A stretch of DNA of 13,747 nucleotides from a virus (Duplodnaviria; Heunggongvirae; Uroviricota; Caudoviricetes). This document shows positions 1 to 7,100 of the stretch, one piece after another (the first letter of the stretch is position 1; every line of letters begins with the position of its first letter). The DNA is taken from positions 1 to 13,747 of the IMG/VR virus record IMGVR_UViG_2574179769_000003; one strand, given 5' to 3'. Under the pieces are notes generated by a model. That model worked only from the letters and a program-made list of their open reading frames with translations. It made no database searches and was not told the origin of the DNA. Position numbers and translations under genes: made by a program.

Positions 1-209
1 TTATACAATTTCACTCATAGATTGACACCACAACTCAAATTCTTTACGTTTCACTAGCTTTTTACTTTTCCCAACCTTTAAACAAAAAGTACAATGTTCA
101 CTTGACAATTCTTCACGAATTCTATTTTCCCTAAGTGAGAATAAACAGCCGCTTCTTCTACACTTAGATTTATTTTTTTCCATATTGGAACGCTATATTT
201 TTTACTCAT
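1..209 (-). CDS. Tn916-Xis-like excisionase / helix-turn-helix DNA-binding protein, frameshifted as sequenced (about 69 aa if repaired)
   Basis: ATG at 209 follows the upstream stop (TAA-T-ATG) and reads MSKKYSVPIWKKINLSVEEAAVYSHLG. The -1 frame continues ENRIREELSSEHCTFCLKVGKSKKLVKRKEFELWCQSMSEIV*. Joined, it matches the Xis pattern VPIW.K..L..EEAA.Y..IG.N.IR...KR..FE. One base is missing at the GGG (129-131). Confidence 0.75.
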
Positions 210-210
210 A

Positions 211-651
211 TTAACTTAAATAAAACTCTCCTATGTACATTACTGCATCATCAATTGAATTAAATATTCGCTCACACATTTCAATCTGCCAAGGGTGTAA
301 TACATTTTCTCGGTCATTTATCCCAATAATAGGTATTCTATGTTCATGTGCAACAGTCAGTTCAGTCATGGTACCTAACGAATATGATTCATAAAAATCA
401 ACAACAATCAAATTGCTGTGTCTCACTCTGTTTAGCTCAAAATTCATCACTTCTTTCTCTGATTTATGCACTTGGTTATCATAGTTATAATAATCACTTG
501 GATCAGTTACATATAGTATATAAGGATAAGAGTTAGAATTGTTGTTATAATAGTTTTCCAGTTTATTTTTTATATTATTGCGTCTAGGTTTATATGTTGT
601 ATGTGGAATACCACTCATTGCACCAGCAATATATAAATTAAATACTTCCAT
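211..651 (-). CDS. Nucleoside 2-deoxyribosyltransferase-like / nucleotide N-glycosidase family protein
   Basis: N-terminal LYIAGAMSG, then ELNRVRHSNLIVV, SLGTMTELTVA (conserved GT..E) and IPIIG; 146 aa. Confidence 0.75.
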   Translation of the reverse strand: MEVFNLYIAGAMSGIPHTTYKPRRNNIKNKLENYYNNNSNSYPYILYVTDPSDYYNYDNQVHKSEKEVMNFELNRVRHSNLIVVDFYESYSLGTMTELTVAHEHRIPIIGINDRENVLHPWQIEMCERIFNSIDDAVMYIGEFYLS

Positions 652-1243
652 TTATTTTATCTCCATAAATTTGATGAATTAAGTGTAAGTGATAATCAGA
701 CAGAACCTGTTCGACCATTGTGAACACCTGTTCAACACTAAATCTAAACTCAAAATTTTTTATAACATACATCACTTCATTTTCAACCCCATCCAGTAAA
801 CCAAGATCAGAAGTATTTCTACGACAGGCTTCGTTAATATCGTCGCCACGTTCCAATAATTTAATTAGTCTTGAACGTTGGTCGACATCTAAATAGACGC
901 TAATAATTTCAAATGGATTATCTAATGATTCATTGTATTCTTTTAACTGTCTAAATCCCGATGGTGTTATTACCAGCACTGAATTATCTTTTAAATCTTC
1001 TTTGGCAGTTGCATAATGCCAGTTATTATATTCACCAGTTTCAGCAAAGAAACCGCTGTCTTTCAATTTATTAAATTCTTCTACATCAATAAAATGATAA
1101 TCAACACCATCTATTTCATTGTCATTTTCTCTAATAGGTCTAGTAGTATATGAAATAATTTTATCCATTTCATATTCTTTTTGTATTTTCTTTTCTAAAG
1201 TGGATTTTCCGCTTCCACTACCTCCAATAATTGTAATAATTAT
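638..1243 (-). CDS. gmk: Guanylate kinase-like (d)NMP kinase
   Basis: P-loop GGSGSGKST, SYTTRPIR, EIDGVDYHF, YNNWHYAT. The track's 5' extension to 1381 overlaps the upstream gene. SD AAGGAG (1259-1254) points to ATA at 1243; GTG at 1252 is in frame but only 1 nt from the SD. Confidence 0.88.
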   Translation of the reverse strand: MIITIIGGSGSGKSTLEKKIQKEYEMDKIISYTTRPIRENDNEIDGVDYHFIDVEEFNKLKDSGFFAETGEYNNWHYATAKEDLKDNSVLVITPSGFRQLKEYNESLDNPFEIISVYLDVDQRSRLIKLLERGDDINEACRRNTSDLGLLDGVENEVMYVIKNFEFRFSVEQVFTMVEQVLSDYHLHLIHQIYGDKINGSI

Positions 1244-1244
1244 A

Positions 1245-1652
1245 TTAATCACTCTCCTTTTTATCTTTGTCAAAAATAATTGTATAGATACTATCATCTT
1301 TTTTTGGTATATATTTAAAATTAATAAAATATTTATCAAAATATTCATCTGGAAAGATTTTATCAAAACCAATTTCTTCAATTTTATTCTTTAATATTTT
1401 TTCAAAATATCTATTAAAATAACAATTTATTAGGATCTTTTTATTGTTTGAACAAAATCCAATATATTTATTTAATTCATCAAATCTTATACAATCTAAA
1501 TATTCATTATTTAGTGTGTTTATAAAAACTTCCCACATGCCACGCTCTTTACATTTCTCACATTTACAAATGTGGTCGACATAACCCAAGTTACCATCTG
1601 TCATGATTACATACAGTTTTGTTTTAGCTTTTTTATTTTTCTTCATTTTCAT
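1245..1652 (-). CDS. Hypothetical phage protein (CxCxxC motif)
   Basis: Open frame containing HICKCEKCKERG and abutting the kinase gene; start uncertain (1652 or 1646). Confidence 0.6.
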   Translation of the reverse strand: MKMKKNKKAKTKLYVIMTDGNLGYVDHICKCEKCKERGMWEVFINTLNNEYLDCIRFDELNKYIGFCSNNKKILINCYFNRYFEKILKNKIEEIGFDKIFPDEYFDKYFINFKYIPKKDDSIYTIIFDKDKKESD

Positions 1653-1863
1653 CTGACCAATTCTGTAATATCTCAACATCTTCGATACTTAATTCATCAT
1701 TGTTACATATGCTTGAGTTGCACATTGGACAATTTTTACACTTTGATTCATACTCACCGCTCAAATCATCATTAAGCGTATTTAAACTATTGTGCAACTG
1801 ATTTGAACACAAACGATTAAATTCATGTTCAAAATTAATTTTTAATCTACAGTCAATTTTCAT
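1633..1863 (-). CDS. Hypothetical Cys-rich protein (76 aa)
   Basis: CKNCPMCNSSIC cluster; short overlaps with both neighbours. Confidence 0.55.
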   Translation of the reverse strand: MKIDCRLKINFEHEFNRLCSNQLHNSLNTLNDDLSGEYESKCKNCPMCNSSICNNDELSIEDVEILQNWSDENEEK

Positions 1864-1993
1864 CAGTTATTTTACCTTTTATATTTTTACATTCTTTACA
1901 AATGATTTTATCTTCTTTGGTTCCTTCATATTCAAATGAAAACTTACCACAAAAATCACATTTCTCTTTAAAATCATGTTTCTTCACAGGCAT
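1853..1993 (-). CDS. Small zinc-ribbon protein (46 aa), not in ORF track
   Basis: GGAGG-ATT-ATG at 1993 (or GTG at 1987) reads MPVKKHDFKEKCDFCGKFSFEYEGTKEDKIICKECKNIKGKITDEN*, with two CxxC pairs. It fills the gap between neighbouring genes. Confidence 0.65.
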   Translation of the reverse strand: MPVKKHDFKEKCDFCGKFSFEYEGTKEDKIICKECKNIKGKITDEN

Positions 1994-2183
1994 AATCCTC
2001 CACATTTTTAACATAGATACATTTGGTACAACCGATTATATTATCGCTAAATTCTTCAAAAAATAATTCGTCTCCATTTATCAACTCTTCCCCACACTTA
2101 GGGCAAGTTATTGGTTTAATATTATTACATAAACCACAGCTATCACATTCTTTGAAAAAATTTTCTATACACGGATAGGACAT
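1974..2183 (-). CDS. Cys-rich putative zinc-binding protein (69 aa)
   Basis: GGAG SD and TAATG coupling to the thyX-like gene give a start at 2183 (MSYPCIENF...). Contains CDSCGLC, CPKC and CTKC. Confidence 0.7.
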   Translation of the reverse strand: MSYPCIENFFKECDSCGLCNNIKPITCPKCGEELINGDELFFEEFSDNIIGCTKCIYVKNVEDYACEET

Positions 2184-2806
2184 TAACAATCTCCTAAAAT
2201 TAGTTCTTTGGCCATTGGCAATTGTTCTATTTCTTCGCAGAAGTCTTGCCATACCTCCAGCCTATGATTGCTGCGTTGTCCATAAATGTTTCTTAAACAT
2301 CTGTAATTAGTTGTCATTCTGGCAGTTAAAATTAAACCACTAGGCAAGTTGTCAAGTAAGTCTCTATAATCATCCTGAGATTTGGTTTGATTGTGTTTAT
2401 CTATTTTTTCATTTACTATATCAATAATTCGTTCATCAACATTTTTGCTACAACATTCTTTAATGTTCATTTTTGTTATACGATGCATGGTACTTTGGGA
2501 GCTGACAAAATTCAAGAAGGCATAACGTTCCGCTTCAATCCATCCTTTATTTGTAAATGACATATCAAACGAAACTAAAATTCCTGTTAAATATTGATCG
2601 TGTCCTTTACCTTTAGCATTAGCTAATTTAATAGCTCTTTTAATATGCCTATTATCATAATTGCCATTTACTATATCAATTTGAATATCCAAAACATTTC
2701 TAATAAATTCTTCTTCGCCTGGCGCAGATGTTCTCATTGGGTATCCTGATGCATAAATGCTTTCAGCTAATTCATATACTCGAACATTATTCAATATCTT
2801 GACCAT
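2183..2806 (-). CDS. thyX: ThyX-like flavin-dependent thymidylate synthase, non-canonical motif
   Basis: GHDQYL, WIEAERYAFLNFVSSQSTMH (corresponding to RHRx7S), and C-terminal TNYRCLRNIYGQRSNHRLEVW; adjacent to the dUTPase. Confidence 0.72.
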   Translation of the reverse strand: MVKILNNVRVYELAESIYASGYPMRTSAPGEEEFIRNVLDIQIDIVNGNYDNRHIKRAIKLANAKGKGHDQYLTGILVSFDMSFTNKGWIEAERYAFLNFVSSQSTMHRITKMNIKECCSKNVDERIIDIVNEKIDKHNQTKSQDDYRDLLDNLPSGLILTARMTTNYRCLRNIYGQRSNHRLEVWQDFCEEIEQLPMAKELILGDC

Positions 2807-3326
2807 TATTCATATATTCCTTTACATTTATTTGTCTGTCATAATTAATTTTATTTTTCTTTATATACGTCTTATATATTTCTTCCCAAGTAAATCCAAG
2901 ACAATTTCCTAATAATAAAATACCCTCTAATAATGATGTATAAATGTTGCAATAAGGATCAATATGAAACAAGGAGTCCATAATATTAGAAATGTTTTCA
3001 TATAGGTTTGTATTATTGTGCTCGAACATTTTTAAATTATCTGTTACAATTTCATCATCTTTATAATAATGTAAGCTCATTGCAAAGTGTAAACAATCAA
3101 CATATTCGACTAACGCCTTATCTCTATTGTCAACTGCGTTAGGTTTCCAATACTTGAAGCCGCTAGGTAATTCGTTAAACAATTCTCCTAATTCTACAAA
3201 TAAAGCTAAGCTAATCTTTTCAGCTATATGGGTATCATATTCAACACCTTGCTTATCCATAATATACTCATCTAGTTGACGCTGCATTTCAATCATTTCA
3301 TTTAACTGTTCTAAATTGATTTTCAA
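2787..3326 (-). CDS. dut: Dimeric all-alpha dUTPase (dUTPase_2 family)
   Basis: MQRQLD, LALFVELGELFNE, FKYWK, EYVDCLHF, YIKKNKINYDRQ; TTG start with AAAGGA SD. Confidence 0.9.
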   Translation of the reverse strand: MKINLEQLNEMIEMQRQLDEYIMDKQGVEYDTHIAEKISLALFVELGELFNELPSGFKYWKPNAVDNRDKALVEYVDCLHFAMSLHYYKDDEIVTDNLKMFEHNNTNLYENISNIMDSLFHIDPYCNIYTSLLEGILLLGNCLGFTWEEIYKTYIKKNKINYDRQINVKEYMNNGQDIE

Positions 3327-3347
3327 TATAACTATTTTCCTTTCTAA

Positions 3348-3980
3348 TTAAATTACCTTTTTTCCCGTCATTGAATCTACCAAATTGTAAATATCAGCTT
3401 CTGCTTTTCTTATGTCGCTATCAGCATTATCAACAATAGTTTGATAACCTTTATTTTGTTCAACCAGTTCATTAATTATTTTTTTATATTCATTTATTTT
3501 AGTGTTATTATTTTTTATAATTTCTAAGTAGTTATTTTTAAAGGCGTTTACTTCATTTTCAACTTCAGTCTTTTTTAAGACTAGTTTATTCAATTTATCG
3601 GTTAAACGGTTACTATATTCGATATCAAAATCTTCGCCTACTCCAAATAACAATGGATAACAAGTAACCACCTTGTTATTACTTGGATCAACAACTATTA
3701 TCCAATTTTTATTTTTGTAAATTTTTGTATGGTTATGATTTCTAATTTTACCTTCAAAAACACATTCACCATAACTACAAAGTTTATTTATAAATTCTCT
3801 AATTTCATTGCTTCTTAAATTGGCATGTTTAACTTGATCTGTTTTTGTAGTATAACCCCAAGCTCTTTCAACATATCTTTCTGCTGCATGTTGACTAATT
3901 ATATAATTAGTCATTTTTGTTGTTTGTTCATTATTGTTATTCTTGTAAATAATGTCACCATCTTTTTCTATATATTCCAT
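3348..3980 (-). CDS. Hypothetical protein: N-terminal HAxER domain plus C-terminal coiled coil
   Basis: 210-aa ORF with AAGGAG SD; motifs SQHAAERYVER and IIVVDPSNNKVVTCYP; heptad-like C-terminal half. Confidence 0.8.
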   Translation of the reverse strand: MEYIEKDGDIIYKNNNNEQTTKMTNYIISQHAAERYVERAWGYTTKTDQVKHANLRSNEIREFINKLCSYGECVFEGKIRNHNHTKIYKNKNWIIVVDPSNNKVVTCYPLLFGVGEDFDIEYSNRLTDKLNKLVLKKTEVENEVNAFKNNYLEIIKNNNTKINEYKKIINELVEQNKGYQTIVDNADSDIRKAEADIYNLVDSMTGKKVI

Positions 3981-4033
3981 TTTTTCTCCTTTTATATTAA
4001 ATTTAGTAAAACTACGATTTTATTCAAAAATAT

Positions 4034-4090
4034 TTAGGATTTAACTAAGTTGAATGGTAAAAAATTGACGTTATTTTAGATAAATCCTAA
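4034..4090. repeat. Intergenic 10-bp perfect inverted repeat with 37-nt spacer
   Basis: TTAGGATTTA (4034-4043) and TAAATCCTAA (4081-4090) lie in a 129-bp intergenic gap; function unknown. Confidence 0.6.
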
Positions 4091-4109
4091 CAATATTTGA
4101 AACTTTTTC

Positions 4110-4532
4110 TTAAATTACAAACCATATAACGATATAACCATTGTTGATTAATTTTAAGGCTTCGGCTCTCGGAATATCGTCAACTAATATAATTTTTCCT
4201 TTTTCAATTATAGGTGGTTCCTTATTCCATTGACTCAATGCGATTGATATACTATTTTCATTTTTATTCTTTATTTCTTTAGAATGTTTATCTGAGAAAG
4301 TTAACACAAGTAATTGGTAAGCTTCACTCAAATCAGTTAATGTTTGACTTTTCCCCATACCTCTAATTAAACTTCCGTCTAGTAAAATGTGTTTTTTAAA
4401 GTAAATTGCATTTGCAATTATACTTTTTAAACTATTAAATTGCGCTAATAAGTAATCTGTTGAATTACTATTATCTTGTAACCAAAAATTTTCCTTACAT
4501 ATAGTACGTTCCAAAGATAATTCTTTTTCCAT
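4110..4532 (-). CDS. Small P-loop-like protein (140 aa)
   Basis: Walker A-like RGMGKS and Walker B-like IILVDD; AAGGAG SD. Confidence 0.65.
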   Translation of the reverse strand: MEKELSLERTICKENFWLQDNSNSTDYLLAQFNSLKSIIANAIYFKKHILLDGSLIRGMGKSQTLTDLSEAYQLLVLTFSDKHSKEIKNKNENSISIALSQWNKEPPIIEKGKIILVDDIPRAEALKLINNGYIVIWFVI

Positions 4533-4548
4533 TTTTCACTTTTCTCCT

Positions 4549-4773
4549 TTAACATTCATATATAACTTTTAGTGGGACAGCAATTAAATTAGAATTAATA
4601 TTATTGTTTGTTTCATCATACTCTTTTCTTAAATATCTAATTGCACTTTTATTTCCACATTTAACAGTTTCTGTTATATCGCCTGTAAAATTATTGTCTT
4701 CAGTTAAAAAATTCAGTAAGTTTATTGCTATTTCCAACCTTCATTAATACATATAAATTTTCTCTAATTTCAT
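4549..4773 (-). CDS. Hypothetical protein, 5' end disrupted as sequenced
   Basis: AAAGGA SD plus ATG at 4773 is in frame with the 4549-4737 ORF, but in-frame TAA TGA intervene at 4746-4741. Confidence 0.4.
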
Positions 4774-4776
4774 TTT

Positions 4777-4980
4777 CTATTCCTTTCCAAATCCTTCATC
4801 AACTATAAAGCCTGCTATCATACCACAATCGTTAAAACACATTGAAATAATCTCATACCCATAATCGTTAATTAAATCCAAGGCGCTACAAATATTAGGA
4901 AAATATCTTCTATTAATAAAAGTATCACACCGATTCCAAGTTGGACTAATTCTGTATTCTACATATTTATGTTTTCCCAT
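4777..4980 (-). CDS. Hypothetical protein (67 aa)
   Basis: ATG two bases after the upstream stop; fills the operon gap. Confidence 0.65.
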   Translation of the reverse strand: MGKHKYVEYRISPTWNRCDTFINRRYFPNICSALDLINDYGYEIISMCFNDCGMIAGFIVDEGFGKE

Positions 4981-4982
4981 AT

Positions 4983-6035
4983 TTAAGTCACCGTAATATC
5001 ATCAATATTTTTAATAATAATTTGTTTTTTACCGTTAGTATCAGGGATTGTCTTAATGTCAATACCTTCAACATAATCTTCTAAATCTAATTCAACTATA
5101 CGATCATCGTTTAATTTTAATTTACAACGTGACATTTTATCTAATGATTTAATATTACAAATAACATCGCCATCTAAAATGCCCATATCAGTTAGTAGTA
5201 ATTCTGCTTCATTGTTCGCTTCATAATCATTATTAAACAAGCTTGATGTGGCTTTATAAATATTTAAAATACCATCATCCATTGTTAGTTCTAAAATTGT
5301 TTTATGTAGAGCTGCCAAAATATCTTCATCAACGACTCCATAATCTCTATTAATTTTTTTAACAACTGAAATTAATATTTTTAGTTTTTGTTTATCTGTT
5401 AGTTTTGGTTCTCCTTTAATATATTGTTCATTTAGATAATATCCAGGCTTGCCATCTATTTTAAATTTCTTTTCAATAATTGAAAGCTTATCTTCTTCAA
5501 TGTTAATGATAACAGCTTCATCTACTTGTCCACCTTTTGTAGGAACAACTTGTCTGGTTACAATCTTGTATATATCATCTTCAACAATACATACTGGTTG
5601 TGTTTTATAGTTAAGTTTCAATATTAATAAATGTTTAATACCATTGATATTACATTGAGCAAACATCAAATCAAAATTTGGCATTTCTTCAATTTGTTTA
5701 CATAAATAAAACCAGTCATTTGCAATCCTTTGTGATTCTTGAATGAATGCCAGATCACTTTCTGACATTACTTTAGCTGAATTTAGTAAATGATGTTCTT
5801 CGCTTATTATAATTTCTTTTATTTGATCACTATCTAAGCATTTGCTAACTTTTGTGTCATAATAATCTGTATTATTTTGAGACAAATCGATTAAACCCTT
5901 AGAATAATTTGTTTGACCTTCCTCCATATTTAAGTTATGGATTGTTATTTTTTCAATAATTACAGTTCTATTCAATATTTTTATTTTCTCCATTTCTTCT
6001 TTGTTTTTAAATACAATATCCACTTCAAATGCCAT
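4983..6035 (-). CDS. Nucleoid-associated protein (NA37/YejK-like, Firmicute type)
   Basis: IIEKITIHNL near the N-terminus, DLMFAQ...LLILKLNYK, VDEAVII, IIEKKFKIDG, and C-terminal DTNGKKQIIIKNI. Start is ATG 6035 or TTG 5975. Confidence 0.7.
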   Translation of the reverse strand: MAFEVDIVFKNKEEMEKIKILNRTVIIEKITIHNLNMEEGQTNYSKGLIDLSQNNTDYYDTKVSKCLDSDQIKEIIISEEHHLLNSAKVMSESDLAFIQESQRIANDWFYLCKQIEEMPNFDLMFAQCNINGIKHLLILKLNYKTQPVCIVEDDIYKIVTRQVVPTKGGQVDEAVIINIEEDKLSIIEKKFKIDGKPGYYLNEQYIKGEPKLTDKQKLKILISVVKKINRDYGVVDEDILAALHKTILELTMDDGILNIYKATSSLFNNDYEANNEAELLLTDMGILDGDVICNIKSLDKMSRCKLKLNDDRIVELDLEDYVEGIDIKTIPDTNGKKQIIIKNIDDITVT

Positions 6036-6039
6036 ATTG

Positions 6040-6531
6040 TTATCCCAAATCAATCCCTTCAATTTCAGCACGAGTCTTTAGAATTCGTAAATAACTATCC
6101 ATGCAATATCTTTGATCTTCTAACATAGAAATCGGACAAGTTGGAGTAAATTCTAAAACTTCCGCCTCATGCTTTGTTAACATAATATCTAACTCATCTA
6201 GTCTTTGTTTAAGTTGTTGATATTCAACTTTAAATCTTTCTTTATAGGATTTTTCTGTTATTATTTTGTTGTCAGATCCTGTCACTGCTTGTTTTATAGC
6301 CTCCATAATAGCTTTGTCAACAGCGTAAAAGTCTTGAACCACTTCAAATTTATCACTTGCAATATTATCTAAAGTAAATTCTTTGTTATTAGTATTAAAT
6401 AAATCAAAGGTTTCGCTAGTACGAGAGTGGATCATAACCGTACCATTATCCCAACACCAATAACCTTGCCAATGTGGAAGTTTTACTTTCTTCCCTTGTT
6501 TCATTAACTTTAATGCTTCATCAAATTTCAT
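6040..6531 (-). CDS. Two-domain protein: DUF2829/Tad2-like N-terminus plus crAss001_48-like helical C-terminus
   Basis: N-terminal MKFDEALKLMKQGKKVKLPHWQGYW...IASDKFEVV; C-terminal YKERFKVEYQQLKQRLDEL...LEDQ...MDSYLRILKTRAEIEGIDL; GGAG SD. Confidence 0.68.
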   Translation of the reverse strand: MKFDEALKLMKQGKKVKLPHWQGYWCWDNGTVMIHSRTSETFDLFNTNNKEFTLDNIASDKFEVVQDFYAVDKAIMEAIKQAVTGSDNKIITEKSYKERFKVEYQQLKQRLDELDIMLTKHEAEVLEFTPTCPISMLEDQRYCMDSYLRILKTRAEIEGIDLG

Positions 6532-6572
6532 TTTTCTATTTCTCCGTTTTTAAATTATTTTTATCTACAATC

Positions 6573-7100
6573 TCATTCATGTAATACAATCTCTCTCTTC
6601 TTTAAAGACTCTTGTACCGATATTACACGTTGCTTAATTGAACCTCGCCACTTTAGATTTAAATCACGCTGCTCTAATATGAATCTTCCATCGACTAAAA
6701 CATCTATCATCTTAAGTGTTGCAAATGTTATATCATTCAAATATTCATTTTTGCACTCAGTTTTTTCCAATAGTTCTTCCCAAGTATATCCAGACCAAAT
6801 CCAAATTGTTTTGTCAGGAAAATCTCTTTTAAAAAGGGTTACAAGTGTATAAACATCATCAATATTTTTAGCGTCAAATGGTTCTCCGCCAAGAATAGAT
6901 ATTCCAGCGATATGCCCATTCATAGAGTCATAGATTTCTTTATATACTTCATCACCACAAGGAGTTCCATAATCATAATCCCATAACTTTTGATTAAAAC
7001 ACCCCTTACAATGATGGGAGCACCCAGAGAAGAAAATAGATGTTCTAATTCCTTCGCCATTAGCTATATCAAAGTTTTTTATTTTTGCTATGTTTGACAT
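6573..7100 (-). CDS. nrdG: Anaerobic ribonucleotide reductase activating protein (radical SAM)
   Basis: DIANGEGIR, SGCSHHCKGCFN (CxxxCxxC), LGGEPF, DVLVDGRF, WRGS..QRVI; TAATG coupling to nrdD. Confidence 0.97.
   Translation of the reverse strand: MSNIAKIKNFDIANGEGIRTSIFFSGCSHHCKGCFNQKLWDYDYGTPCGDEVYKEIYDSMNGHIAGISILGGEPFDAKNIDDVYTLVTLFKRDFPDKTIWIWSGYTWEELLEKTECKNEYLNDITFATLKMIDVLVDGRFILEQRDLNLKWRGSIKQRVISVQESLKKREIVLHE

Noticed and set aside
125-134. Programmed frameshift in the Xis-like gene
   Set aside because: A-GGG-AAA in the zero frame is not a canonical X-XXY-YYZ slippery site; a one-base homopolymer loss is simpler.
1244-1381. Long N-terminal extension of the kinase ORF
   Set aside because: It overlaps the upstream gene in another frame, and the SD sits at 1259-1254.
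4060-4097. Antisense sigma-A promoter (TTGACG, 17 nt, TAACAA)
   Set aside because: The -10 matches only 3 of 6 positions, which is expected by chance in AT-rich DNA.
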